A DNA stretch of 62,935 nucleotides, the filler included, from Reticulomyxa filosa (lineage: Eukaryota > Protista > Foraminifera): assembly GCA_000512085.1 (NCBI GenBank). It is 21 parts of 21 records of this genome, joined end to end, with 100 filler letters (N's around TTAATTAATTAA, not from the genome) between each part and the next. Parts side by side here need not be neighbours in the genome. Positions count along the whole stretch, not along the records: positions 10,899 to 13,668 come from ASPP01005950.1; positions 13,769 to 15,229 come from ASPP01021963.1; positions 15,330 to 17,729 come from ASPP01004687.1; positions 17,830 to 19,127 come from ASPP01001836.1; positions 19,228 to 20,609 come from ASPP01029554.1; positions 20,710 to 22,229 come from ASPP01004267.1; positions 22,330 to 25,191 come from ASPP01042655.1; positions 25,292 to 27,913 come from ASPP01013994.1; 13 more parts are not named here. One strand, given 5' to 3'. The notes under the pieces are model-generated. The model was not told where the DNA came from. It saw only the letters and a program-made list of their open reading frames with translations, and made no database searches. Numbering within the stretch: position 1 is the first letter of the stretch; each line of letters opens with the position of its first letter. The position numbers and the translations under genes were made by a program. Positions 11,827 to 25,454 of this stretch are shown here, in pieces.

Positions 11827-14800
11827 TTTTGTTTTTTTTCTTGTGGGCGTTTTGGACTTTTTGCAAATTAATTTTGACGTCTGCACATATTCCAAAGAAA
11901 ATAGTTTTCTCATCTTGGTTGTGTATAAGTCTTCAAGTTAATATCTATTCTCGGTTTTCAATGCCGAAAAGAAATAACATAATGACAACTCACGCAACGT
12001 ATTGGAACAGTATATTTTCTTCTTATTGTGCATTCCTTTTTGATGTATACAATGAAAATAAAAAAGCCTTAATATAAAAAGTTATCTACTGAAGCTCTTT
12101 CTAATTCTAAGCCTGTTCATCTAAAAGCGTGCAAATATAAAAAAATCTTTTTGCCAGTTGGTTGAGCAATCAGTTTCAACAAGCTCTTGTTATTTTGAGT
12201 ACTATGTTATACTATATGTACTCGTATAAATTTTTTTAAATCTTTCAATAAATAATTGGTCTTAATATTTGTCGATGCAATTTGATTATTTTCAAAATAA
12301 ACTTGAATGTGGTATAGAATATATGTATGCGATAAAAATTAACAATCAGTTGATCATTGCCTTGAACAGGGGAGGACAAAGCCTCTTCATGAGAATGTGA
12401 AGATTTTAACGATATTGACAATCATGGAAACCAAAATCAATGAAAAATACTTTCTCTAAATAGCTTACCTTCGCTCGATTTTGGACTTGTCCAATGATAA
12501 AAAATCATTATATCATCCCCAAACCCGAAAGCTTAAACTTATATTGGCTTGTCCCAAGAAACTACATACATTTACGAGTTACATCGTGCACAACGTGAAT
12601 ACAAGAGATTTTTTCAATTTCCACCAGAATCATTCATTTCTTGTATTTTCTTCGCTCAATCAAATCAATCGTCTGTAAGTATTGTTCCAAAAAATACAAC
12701 AATATTTTTTAGAAAGGATTTTTGTACAATGCACATTACAACTTGATACTATACGTGATCCCTAAGGCCAAACATTGTGCATGTTCAATTTTTTTTAATA
12801 TAATTGATTACTTGCTTGTTATTTTCTCCCCTTTTATTTAATATTTTAAAATCAAGGCTGGAATTGTGTTTATGACTATTCAATTTAGTTTTAAAAAGAA
12901 ATAAACTTTTTACCTCTTGTCCAGAGACTTTTCAACTGAGGTTTTCTGTCTTCAATGTTGGCAAATGTGAAAGGATCTCTCTTTGAAACGAAGTTTGATT
13001 GGTAATCAAAATCGAAGGAAAGTTCAATTTTTTCATATGGAAAAAAACACAATGTTATCACGCATTGCTGTTCTTCTGTTAGCATTAACAGTCTATATTG
13101 AGATAGGCGTGGCAAGTGGTCCCCATAAATACAAAATTGGCGAAAATGTGTGTTTTGCACCGAAGCAATAGTTTTTTTATCTTGACTTTGGAGCTTTTGA
13201 ATTGTGTTTAGTTTTTGGTCGCTTGCAAGTTTGGTAACAACAAAATGCATAGGTTCCCGTTTCAGTCAATACGGTCGGGCCCTACCGAAACCCGAACGAG
13301 AAATACGAATTTTATTCCAAAGTCCCCTTTTGCAAGTCAAAGGTAGATTGATTTATTGGACATGTTTCTTTTATGTGTTACTTTGATAAGTTCGCGAAAT
13401 TGCGCCAACTGTGGTATTTTTTTTTGAAGAATTCTGTCAGAGGCAATTTTAAATCAAAAAAGAGAGGGGGGCATGTGGTGTATGTATATGCTGAAATTAA
13501 CAACAAAATGAACCATATTGTAAGAACGTTGCCCGTAAAAATGAAGGTTCAGTGATGGTGGGAGATAGGCCAAAAGGTTCCGATTACATGTTGCCATTTC
13601 GAGGTTAAAATTTAGAAAGTCTGAACTTTTTTTTTTTTTTTGCAAAAAAAAAAAAAAAAAAAAAAAAANNNNNNNNNNNNNNNNNNNNNNNNNNNNNNNN
13701 NNNNNNNNNNNNTTAATTAATTAANNNNNNNNNNNNNNNNNNNNNNNNNNNNNNNNNNNNNNNNNNNNGGTTTACGTATAGCAAGAAAAAGTAAGGGGGA
13801 TGATGTATTGTACGTATGATGTATTCGATTTAAAATGGATTTTTAAAAAAAAACACATAGTATATGTACCAGCATTCAAGTTGAAGTGGGTGTAATAGTG
13901 ATAAGCGCACAACAGCCGAATGGATTATACAAATGGTTTGGACAGCCAGAAACGCATATAATATTTGACGTATGGCTTGTGATAAATTGCACCAGTACCA
14001 AGATGGTGCGAATGCCGAATTTGGCTATTAATTATGCATACAATGGCAGCAATTTTGCATTTCCAACTTATTGCATTCCAATCAAAAGAATGGTGATTCA
14101 AATATTCAAAGTCCAAAGTCACCGTCCAAACCATCACCGTCAACAGGTTCAATTTTGCCATGCACTACATTCAATATTCTTCAATCACAAGTCAATTGGT
14201 AAGCAACACTTTTCAAATACTTTTTATATTTCAATGTTATGTTCTTTTTTTTTTTAATACTTTTTTTAAAAACAAACAAAAAAAAATGGACAGGTCGTAC
14301 GATGTGGCGCAAAAAAAAGAAAAATTAATGATATTGAAGACTTTGGCAATTTCCCAATCGGCTACAAGTGGTGGTGCAAATTTTGGTGGAAAATAAGTCG
14401 CCTTCATGGATCAGCACCTGCCTGTGTTAAAAGCGCTGTTAGCGCAAATAAGGAATTTGTGCAACACAGCTGACGAAAAATCACATTGTAAGTCGGTGGT
14501 GATGCCAAACCTTTTTTGCGCTGCAGAGCTACTTTACACAAGGCATGGTCTATCCAAGCACTTATGCCCTCACAGCGCACACTACGCACTCATTGCTCAA
14601 CTCACATCAACATCCAAATCAAAACGTGGCCCATGTGGCCTTGTCAAGTTATGTTTATTTTATTTTTATCATTGCAATAATAAGATGTGTTTTTGTTTTT
14701 GTATAGATCAACAATTGCACAAATTGTTGGATTAATTGGATGGACAGCGAACAATGAAGAATATTAATTATTGTTGCTGTGTGAGATTGGAAACTGCACT

Positions 14801-15329
14801 TGGAAACTATCAATAAAGGTAATATCTTGTGTTTGTATTTATGTTCATCTTGTAAATACGTCTTGTGGTGTTGCTTAAATAGGAAAACCAGCTGTGATGA
14901 AAATAAAAAAGAAAGCGGGGTAGAAACCACCCCGTCTCCGAAAGGAGAAATATAGGCTTGTTATATTTATCTTTTTTTTTTAAAATATGTTTACGTTTTT
15001 TGATTTGTGTTTTGTAACATAGGTCCCCCGTCCACAATACCTGTTACCATATATGTCCCATCCCCTTCCATACAAAAAAAATAAAATTGGGGTTGAATTC
15101 TGTCCCCGTGTCCTCAATCACACAAAATGGTTTGTGTTGTTTATATTTATTTATATATAGATATTGTTTTGTTATATAATGTTGTTTGTTTGTTTGTTTG
15201 ATTAAATAGGATTCCCCCTTCAAAAAAAANNNNNNNNNNNNNNNNNNNNNNNNNNNNNNNNNNNNNNNNNNNNTTAATTAATTAANNNNNNNNNNNNNNN
15301 NNNNNNNNNNNNNNNNNNNNNNNNNNNNN

Positions 15330-16130
15330 ATAAAGCTTGGTTTAACGTGGATGCAAACAAAGTTGTAATATTTTGAAACATGTCCATAATTTTTTCCGAT
15401 TCCTCTTTTTTCACTTCTTCAATGATTATCCCAATTTTTTTGAATGCGTTCGATAATCTTCGGTTTGCCAGCTTCAATATCAAAGCGTCGATACTTTCTG
15501 TTTTTAAAACAAGACAAAAGGAAGAAATCCAAAAAGAGATTGGAAAAATAATTATTTAGATTTTTACAAAACTGTTGAGGGATCGATTTTCGCTGTCAAT
15601 ACTTTCATATGCTTGTTTCAACACAAGCTGATGATTACGTGCCGCTTGCACGCTTGTATTTCCATTTGCAAAAGCCTTTTCACGTTGCGATATTTGGAGA
15701 AGTTGTTCGTTAGTATCGTGCAACCTTTAATTCGATTTTTGATTTGCTTTTTGACTCCAAAAAGTATTTCATCCATGATATCGCATTGTCTTGTCAACTG
15801 ATAATTTGCTTTGTGAGCACGCCATTTTTTACTTGCATTTGATCTATCTGTCTATTTAGTTCTTCACGAATCAGTTCTAGATCCACTCTTTTCTTTTTTA
15901 ACGTTTCAACATCCTCTTGGATAATTAACAAATCTTGTTTAGGCTTGTTTTCAATGATCTTCGCTTTCATTCGATCTATCTCCTTTTTTGACTTACCAAT
16001 ACCATTGAAAGAGGGTAGGTAGCATATTTCATTATATCTATGGGACTCCAAAGTTGCTTTAGATTTGATATTACTTTCCTCAGCTGCCTTAATTCTTTGA
16101 TTGGTTTCACAATTAAATTCTTTGTTTTTT
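15330..16130 (-). CDS. Fragment of a multi-exon coiled-coil protein
   Basis: ORFs 15794-16051 and 15274-15483 are K/E/Q/L-rich and heptad-like; no family motif recognised. Confidence 0.4.
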
Positions 16131-17924
16131 TTTTAAGTATATATATTTATATATTTATATATTTAAGTCACACAAAACAAAACTTATGATGACGATGAAA
16201 AATATTGTCCTTCCCTACAGCGATGTATCTGTTTTGAAGGAGGACGTATTCTTATGATAAGCATTCCTCTGGCATTGTTTAGTGGTTGTTGGCGACGCGT
16301 CTGGAGACATTGCGATGATCCATGTGTGGCTTCATTTTGACAACGTATCTCTGTTTGATAGAGGTAACGGCGTGTTAAGTGGTATCAGGTCACGATCCAA
16401 GTTCTATGTGTCTATCGCATTGACACTATTCACCGTTGTTGATGCTGTTTATTATGGAAGGTTCACTATATTATTACCTTCGTCATATCGTTTGCACGTT
16501 GGATTTTTTTTTTGTAGAATCTCCGCTATAATCAAAATAACAGTTCTTGCTTCTTCATTTTTGTACATCATCTTCTTCTTCATTTGCAGTTTCACCATTT
16601 ACATCACCAATGAACGTAGCATATCCTAGTTGTTGTAAACACAAAAACAACAAACAACGACTTAATCAAACTGCTTTAAAAGAAAGACAAAAGTAATTAT
16701 ATTATTTTACCTGTCATTATCGTGTCCATTGCGAGCAAAATTGGTATCATTCTTTCTTGGCTCTCATTCTCGTTGCTGATTGTCGTTGCAATCCTTGCAA
16801 TTGGCCTTGCCTTTGCAATCATTTGGTTTCTATGATATTACAAGTGTGTATCAAATTTTTTTGTTAAACAAATACAAATTAAAAAATATTACTTAACTGC
16901 TGCTATCCTCGCGTAGGATATACACTATTTTTTCTCCAATATTAAAAATAAATTAAAAAAATTAACTAATTTTTTTCTATTTTTTTATTTTTTATTTTTT
17001 CTTTTATCTATTATTCTTTTTTTTTCTTTCATCTATTATTCTTTTTTTTTTCTCTTTCATTTATTATTCTTTTCTTTCTTAATCAAAATATTCTTTTTTC
17101 TTTTATTTTCTTTATTCCTTTTTTTTATTTAATTTATCATCATATCTTTTTTTTTATTACTACATCTTTTTTTTTTATTTCCCCTTTTCTTTTTTTCTTA
17201 TTTATTAGTTCTTATTTTTTTTCTTTTTATTAATCTTTTTTTTTCTCCCCCCCCCCCCCTCTTAATACTTAATTTTTTTTCCCACTCCATCCTACTTAAT
17301 CTTCCCCTTTTCTTCCACCGATACCTATGTGCAAGCACAAACAAAGTTATATTTTATGTTTAAAACAAACAAACACATATTTTCATAACATGACAAATCA
17401 CACACGATAATTTATTCAATTTCTTTTTTCCTATTGTGATGCACTTCAAACACGTTTGTTTCTTTTTTTTGGGAGGGAAAACAAATAGATATAAATATAC
17501 ATATGTGTCCTTCATTTGAGGGAGAATTCCTATTTGATTAAAAAAACAAACATACTTTTTATAACAAAAATATATGTACATAAATATAAAAACATATACA
17601 AACCTTTTTGTTTTTTTTTTGAAACGGGGTAGACTTCAACCCCTATCTTTTTTTTTTTTAAGCGTGTGGAGGGTACATATAAATTAATCTTGACTGCACG
17701 GGGGAACCTATGTCATACACACAACATTTNNNNNNNNNNNNNNNNNNNNNNNNNNNNNNNNNNNNNNNNNNNNTTAATTAATTAANNNNNNNNNNNNNNN
17801 NNNNNNNNNNNNNNNNNNNNNNNNNNNNNTTTTTTTTTTTTTTTTTTTTGCATTCATCTGGTGAACTTTGCTTCTGGTATGTATGTATTTTTTTTTAAAG
17901 CCCCCCTCTCCTTTCCTCTTCAAT

Positions 17925-18160
17925 TACCATACAGATAGTGCAGAATAACCGCTTTGGGATTTGCTGCGGATATAAAAAAAGATCCTCTGGAATTCCCTCA
18001 TCAAACATTTTCTGTATCTTAACACTACTTTTAAGATAATTTTCCCCCTCGTTTAAGGTTCTTGAACTTTGCTTTCGAAAGGCTCCCTTGTCAACTTTTT
18101 TCAGCTTCGTTTGAAGTCTACTTCGTTGCAAAATGAGGCTGTCATTTGCTCCTATTCTCA
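17925..18160 (-). CDS. 5' fragment of a possible RING-finger (TRAF-like) protein
   Basis: EDLFLYPQQIPKRLFCTICM then a GT donor; resembles the first CxxC of a RING. Truncated by the spacer. Confidence 0.35.
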
Positions 18161-18399
18161 TGCGTGTCAATATCAATTTTAAGATTTGTAAATAATCGAA
18201 GTAAAGACACAACTATGTGTTCGGTCTTGTTGGAATGTGAAATGAAACTCCATTATAAAACGTGGTTTTAGATAAAATTTCGTGAACATATCAACAATAA
18301 TTTGGTTATAATTTCAGTAAAAGAAAAAAAGGCGGGTATTTGCAGTCGCATATCCAAAGAATACAACAACTTCAGGAATGAACTCAAAGTTACACGTTT

Positions 18400-18900
18400 T
18401 ATTGTATTATAAAAGCAATGTCGGATGTAGTTCCAGCAGCACAAAGACAAGGAAATGGCAATGTCATTCAAAGGTACATTGGAAGCAATGCTGTGAGTTA
18501 TGTGGGAGTGGATCTGCTCATGGCTGATATCAACAACGACGGTGTGTCGGATTTGATTGTCAGCGAATATGGCTACTCCGGATTCAATATGCATCAAATG
18601 GGCAAGGTTCATATTTACAATGGCATCGTAGGCGAAGATAACAATGTGTAAGATGCAACTCACTTTTCCAATGATCCCAGTGTTGTGCTATATGGAAGTG
18701 AGCGAAGATGATGATTTGGATGGAGTCTGGTGTCTTTGGATTTCAACTTATATGGTATCCTTGATTTGGTTGTGTCTGCACATACAGGAGGTTATGAAAT
18801 ACTTCCTGATATACCTGTGTATATAGTAACTATGGTTCTGTGCATGTTTACTTTGACCCGTTGGTTATTATCTTGTTCTATAGTGTGGACATGTGGGAAA
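18400..18900 (+). pseudogene. Disrupted FG-GAP (integrin-alpha/GPI-PLD-like) repeat gene
   Basis: ADINNDGVSDLIVS...GKVHIYNG and FGWSLVSLDFNLYGILDLVVSA lie in different frames, separated by stops and frameshifts. Confidence 0.6.
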
Positions 18901-19227
18901 TGTGAAGTGCGATTTACGCTGCAAGTGTTCTTATTGCTGGTGATTTATGTGTTGGAGTTATTTGTACTCCTCATGGGGTCATTGTTTTTGTATATGCAGC
19001 TCCCAAAAAGAACACGCGTCCAAAATGAGAAATCCATCGGGAACTTGATCACTTTCACCGTCGAACCGGACCCACAGCCTGCACCACCAGAAAACGTGCT
19101 CACTAACACCATTAGCTACATGCCCCCNNNNNNNNNNNNNNNNNNNNNNNNNNNNNNNNNNNNNNNNNNNNTTAATTAATTAANNNNNNNNNNNNNNNNN
19201 NNNNNNNNNNNNNNNNNNNNNNNNNNN

Positions 19228-20534
19228 TCTTCTTGTTCTTGCTCTTCTTCTTGTTCTTGCTCTTCTTCGACTCCTTCTCTTTCTTCCACTTCTTCTGCTT
19301 CTTCTTGTTTCTGCGAGTCAAGAATGCGAAAGTGTTGTTGGATTTTCAAAAACTCGCACAATTTCATTTGCAGTCGTAGAAAGTATAGCTGTTGCAAAAG
19401 CGGTTCCGAGGATGCACTTCCATTGTTGTTGTTATGTCTGACAGTGTGACTAAGAGAAGTAGTAGCAGTAGCGATGGTACCACTGTTGTTGTTGTTGTTG
19501 TTATTATTATTATCACGGCCATTGTCCTTACCATCATTGTCATTGTCATTGTCATTGTCATTGTCATTGATGGCAAAGGCATCGCTATTGCCGGAGTCGT
19601 CGTCATTTACTTGGCCGTAGGCTTGCAAAGCCCGATGGCAATATACCAGCGCTTCATCATAGTCTTGCAACAGCCGGAGCGCACAAACGACTTGTTCGTA
19701 CATTCCAAATGGAATTAATTTCCATTCCATTTCTAAGCATTTGTGTGTGTGTGTGTGTTTTTTTTTTTTTTGAATCAAGTATAATAATATTATATAAAGT
19801 GATGATATATATGTACACACATATAAATATACATATATAAATATACATATACAAATATACATATATAAATGTACATATATGTATATGCATATACAATGTT
19901 ATTGACCATCAGTAATGGGTTGTTGGAAACGGGAATTTAAAACAATGAGTTCATTCACGATATCGACACAGGTGCCCCACTCCATGGCAATGAAGTGGCA
20001 TTGCATGAGGGTCTGGTAATAGCGGATCATGGACGAGCGGTATTTCAAGATGACAAAGGTCGGGTTAGCTTGCAAATGTTCGATCGCTTGCCTCAAAGTG
20101 TGCACACATTGCAACCACCAAAACCGCTTCGTGAGTTGACGACTGCTTTTTACATGCAATTGGAACAGCACCACGCTTTGCCAATATTGCAAGCGGTCCA
20201 ACCGAATGCTAGTCACTCGCTTTTCTCGATCGAGTTTGAAGCTCTCATCCCTTTTCTCGTTTACTCGGTCTCTGTCGTTATCCACATTGCCTTCGCACGT
20301 GAGGATTTTAATGCAACGTTCCAAGTGCTCTTTCGCATACAGCAAGCTCCAATGAATCCGGTCGCGACATAGCAAATAGCACTTTGCAATGCGATACTTG
20401 ACAAACACATTCCATTCCAATCGTCTGTGTTGTGCCAATACCAAATACCCTCGCAAGCTTTCTTCTATCATCTCGACATCTCCTTGTTCTTTCCCAGTCT
20501 CATATTTTATCTGTGCATTTTCTAACTTCTTCAC
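19228..20534 (-). CDS. Internal fragment of a TPR-like helical protein with N/D- and E/Q-rich tracts
   Basis: ORFs 19899-20534 and 19176-19862 are separated by a TA-rich intron; YDEALVYCHRALQ and YAKEHLERCIKI are TPR-like helices. Confidence 0.5.
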
Positions 20535-20568
20535 TTCAATTCAATTCCAACAGCATACAATCAAAGTA

Positions 20569-20609
<41 letters not shown>

Positions 20610-20709
20610 NNNNNNNNNNNNNNNNNNNNNNNNNNNNNNNNNNNNNNNNNNNNTTAATTAATTAANNNNNNNNNNNNNNNNNNNNNNNNNNNNNNNNNNN
20701 NNNNNNNNN

Positions 20710-21858
20710 ATCATTGTCATTGTCGTCGTCGTGAGTGACTAGTTTGGAGAGATCGGAATTGGAGGAGAGACCCACTTGATGGCTATGTGTGAAGTTGGAA
20801 TAGAGATTGGAGAGATTGGGATTGAGCAGTCTCGAGTCCAGACGACACAAGTGCGTAATGGCCACGGGCAGATAGCGGTCATGACGATGTCCGATCCCCA
20901 GCTGTCCGCACATGTTGGAACCCCATGCGTAGACCACTCCGATCCCGGCTACAATAGCCAAGTTGTGTGCATAGCCGCAGGCCACATCTACAAAACATAA
21001 ATCTATCGAAGTGGTTTTATATTCCTGTTCCTGTTCTTGCTCTTGTCCCTGCTCTTCTCTTTGTTGGAGAAACGTGTGAATGGAAAGCGATGGACTTTGT
21101 GCAATAGCTTGATGAAATTGCGAAACAGCGCGTTGGGGATAAACGCGAATGAGTGTGGGTCGTGTTCGATGGAGGGTATCCCCCAAGCCCAATCGTCCAT
21201 TTTCATTATTCCCCCACGAGTATAGTAAGCCATTATCAGCGATACAAACGCAGTGATCAAAACCAACGGCGAGACGAGATACCACAAAGGAGTTGTTATG
21301 ATCATTGTCAATCGGAGTCGGATTCGGTTTGCTGACAAAGTCGCCGTGGCCTAGTTGGCCGTGAGTGTTGTTGCCAAACGAGTACATACGTCCTTCTCGC
21401 GAAAGCAGTATCACAAAGTTGTGTCCGCAACACACTTGGCGATATCGCACTTTCGTCGACACATTACTGATACTCGTTATTGTGTCCTCATATATTTGAC
21501 GATTGGGAGGAGTCGATAGTTTTTCAACTAACATCTCCTTGCTTTTTTCATTCGCATTTGCATTTGCATTTGCATTTGCATTTGCATTGGATTGATGTAA
21601 TGCCAATGCAACAATTGACCCGATTCAACAATTGCATACACGCAATGTTCGTTTCCACTCATTTCCTCAAACTTCAAGCCAATGTCCGTTTTCACAGGAT
21701 AAAAGTGCTGCATCAATGATGACGACACGGTAATGTCGTCCGTCTTCTTCCATTCCAATCGAGAGCTGAACACGTACCATGCATCGTCGCTGTGTTCAAA
21801 TTTTGTCTTTTGAGATAATGGCCGACTGTTGTCCGTGATAATATTATTATTATTATTA

Positions 21859-21908
<50 letters not shown>

Positions 21909-22151
21909 GTTATTCCAAGACTTTATGTAACCTTCATTCAATAAACATTGCCCATATTCAATTGCTTGTGACTCACTCACATAATTAATCCCTTTGTACT
22001 CTTGCAGCCATGTCACGCACTCTTGACCACTGAATATTATCTCACCCCTCTCTTCTTTTCCTATCCCTTTTTGCATCTCTTTACACACTTCATACATCGT
22101 GCATGGCTTACTGGCTATCTCTTTACTTATCTCTTTACTCTTTCGACCCAA
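20710..22151 (-). CDS. DEP domain plus RCC1-repeat protein (fragment, one frame break near 21540-21600)
   Basis: DEP: FSGQECVTWL..SESQAIEYGQCLLNEGYI..FEHSDDAWYVF. RCC1: VCCGHNF..YSFGNNTHGQLGHGD, LAVGFDH..YSWGNNENGRLGLGD, VACGYAH..YAWGSNMCGQLGIG. Confidence 0.8.
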
Positions 22152-23127
22152 TTCCCATATGTACAGCTGTCCATTCCCTTTTTTTTATAACATATGTTAA
22201 TATGCATCAATTATACATACACACACACANNNNNNNNNNNNNNNNNNNNNNNNNNNNNNNNNNNNNNNNNNNNTTAATTAATTAANNNNNNNNNNNNNNN
22301 NNNNNNNNNNNNNNNNNNNNNNNNNNNNNTCGTTTTAGGCGTTCAGTTTTCTTTGCAACATACTGTATTTATGAGTTGAGTTATTACAACTCTGGAGTCC
22401 GTTATGACTTATGTATCACTACAACACTTATGTTTAAAAGAAGCTTTTATGTGTGATACAAGGATATAGTGTTAATTTTTTACATTTCTATTTGTGTGTC
22501 ATTTGCAATTTCACATTTATTAGTTAACAAACACCTGACAAATAATATAGCATTTTATCACTAAAAATATATTTTCTTCTTAATCAATGCTTTATGTTGA
22601 TATTCCCGTTTGTTTGAAACGATTTTTTCCAATTTTGGACAGTAATCACGCCAACCTTGAAGTGTTTTGTCATTTTTCGCATTGACTTTACATACAAAAG
22701 CACTTGCACATCTATTCTATTTGTAAACTCATCATAGTGCTTCACCATAATAATTTTTACTTTCTGTGTTTATTGTGCGTTAAATACTTTAATATTAGTC
22801 AGTATAATTAATTTTAATTTTTTTTGTTTGGTAAGATAGTTTTTTTTTTGAACGTTCAATTTTTCAAACAACTGAGGAAAAAGAATTATGCAGAACTTTT
22901 CAAATAAATGCAAGATATAAGATAGTACAACATATAAAAGATAGTCTGTGATTTGCTCTATGTATCTACAAAATTATTTTTACTTTAGCTCTTTTCAATA
23001 AAGTATACAAGTCAAATACTAAAAAAGCCCCTTTTTTTGGGTGACGGTTTTTTTTTGCAAACTACTGTATAGTGCTTTTGTGGTTTGAAAAAAGGGACTT
23101 ATGAGCTAGAATAAAAATTAAAAAGTC

Positions 23128-24280
23128 TCAAGTCAAAAATTCGTAATTAAAACGTTTGAGAATGTATTTATTCAACGTATTTTTCAAAAACTTCAAGTCT
23201 TTGGTTTGAAAAGATGCCAACCGTGCGGTTGGGTCACTAAGCGTTCTAGCCTCTTGCTCGAAACTCAAAACAATTTTATCAAAATGATTGTATGTAAGTG
23301 TCCCACCCAAACATTGGCAAATCTTCTGGACGGTCTTTTCAGGATTTTGAACCATATCTTCATATCTTACAATCAACCTGCCCAAATGGACCCTCCAAAA
23401 CTCATCATTTTCCAAGTCGGAGTCTGTACGTGCAAGTTTTTGGAGCATCTCTTGCTCTTGTGCTCTTTGGCGTGCTCTTAAGTCTTTGACTCTTCCCACT
23501 ATCGTCAAATAGCCTAATGACCATAACAACATATTTGTCATCGCAGTCTTGTATCGATTAAAAAAAAAAAAAAATCGCATACAAAACTCTCATAAAAATT
23601 ATTCCAATAGTAAGGCAAAGATTGATAGCGAATCATTTTGATGTCATGTATCCCCTCTATGAGATCTTGCTCATCGTTGCTCGGAAAAAAAGGGACAAAT
23701 TCACCCTCTTCAAAAGTACTTTGGGCCAAATGTGTTGGACACAATGTTGACAAAAAGGACTTGTTAACATAGTTAAAACTGTAGCTGCTTTGACACATTT
23801 GTTGGATCCATATCAAAGGATCTCGGATCATTACAACAATGAGACTGTTAGGAAACATGTGTTGCCACTCCACTATCAACCTCTCACTTGGGATGCTATG
23901 CTTTCCCCATTCTACTGCTATGTTAACAAATTCCTTGTTCGTTGCTTGTCCTGGCACTCCTTTTTTTTTTGTATTCACTCCTTTCTTTTTGAGCATGCAG
24001 TACTTCGTCAGCAATTCCCCCATTTTTGGTATCCCACTATGAAATGTTCCTACCACCAACACCCGTTGGTACTTTGTGTTATTGTTCTTTGTGTGACAAT
24101 GCTCTTGCACTCCAACTATACCCTTCTGGCTCCAGTCCAAGCATTTATATAAGTTTGCAGGAGAACAAGACAAGGGCTCGGTTGTACTCTCCATTGTTAT
24201 GTCGCTGTTTTTCAGTGAAGTTATTAAATATAAGGAAAACAGCAAACTGCTTGCTGTCGCGGCGCTCATAAGATAACGGA
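23128..24280 (-). CDS. Type II membrane sulfotransferase-family protein
   Basis: N-terminal anchor; VLVVGTFHSG (5'-PAPS loop-like), WGKH, IVVMIRDPLIW (3'-phosphate motif), LIVRYEDMVQNPEKTV. Confidence 0.75.
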
Positions 24281-24641
24281 ACATCTTTTGAAATTTTAAG
24301 ACAATTTTAGAAAGTACAAGCCGTTTGTGACAAAACCACAATCGAAATTTTTGAAGCGGCAAACACATGATTCAAGCTCACTTTCTTCTATTTCTTATGC
24401 TGAAAATCCCCCTCCCAAAGTTACAAGTTTTTGCTTCAAATAATAAACGAGTTAATTGTTTTATTTGATTTCTTTACTTTAGAATGGCGTACATTTCGGT
24501 ATTTTACATTGTAAGCGGAAGGGAGAAAAAGTTTTATTACAACTTTAAACAGTAACTGTTTGTGAGTTGCTAAAAGTGTGTAAAAAAAAAAACGTTTACA
24601 GCGGTACGTTCCCTTCCAAAAAAAGGCTTGACATCAAGGAA

Positions 24642-25045
24642 ATGAGTTACACTACTTCCAAGCACAAGTCCAAACCATTGCGTTCAGAATATACACAAAC
24701 GAAAAGCAGTGATGATACAATGCAAGGGCAAGTGAATTATTACGACACAACAACCAATGACCCTGGCGAAACGTACGACGAACAAAATGAAAGAAATTTC
24801 GACCAATCTGAGGAACAAGACAAAAATGGAGAGTTGCTCTCGCAAGAAGATAGAGAAGATCGCAAAAGCAACGAGCTATACGACAGTCTGGACCACGAAT
24901 ACGATAAATTGTCAATGGACGAAAGCGCAAGAGTGAACGCAGACGTCGGGAACATTGAAAGAGAGATATTCATATTTGCACAGCGCAAAGCGCAAGAAGC
25001 GGAAATAACACGTAGTGAAGGCACAAACCGATGGATCAAAAGAGT
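24642..25045 (+). CDS. First exon of an acidic low-complexity hypothetical protein
   Basis: Open D/E/S/T-rich frame from ATG 24642 to a GT donor; truncated by the spacer. Confidence 0.5.
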
Positions 25046-25454
25046 GTATTTTAATTCCTGTCTGCTTTTTGTTGAGTGATCATTTCTCTGTGTCTTAACA
25101 AAAAAAATTCTAAAAAATCGAGGATGAAAGAGGAAGTGGATAACCTCTACTTTTTTTTTTTTTTTTTTTATTTTTTTTTTTTTTTAAAAAANNNNNNNNN
25201 NNNNNNNNNNNNNNNNNNNNNNNNNNNNNNNNNNNTTAATTAATTAANNNNNNNNNNNNNNNNNNNNNNNNNNNNNNNNNNNNNNNNNNNNGTGTTGGAT
25301 GCGAGTTTATTTTATTCCGTTACAATTCCTAATTTAGCTAAATTAAAAATTTGGTTTGACCTCCCCTTTCTCTTCCCTCCCTCCCCCCTTTTTTTTTTTT
25401 TGTGCGTTTATGTGGCGTTTCCCCTCTCTCCTCGTTCTGTTAAAAAAAAAAAAC

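Noticed and set aside
12481-15229. Probable exon fragments on two contigs (also 41689-42180 and 51235-51620)
   Set aside because: Coding-like, but no consistent gene model or family could be supported by eye.
16930-17330. Long T-rich low-complexity tract
   Set aside because: Aperiodic T/C/A noise typical of poor read quality after a homopolymer; no unit or coding signal.
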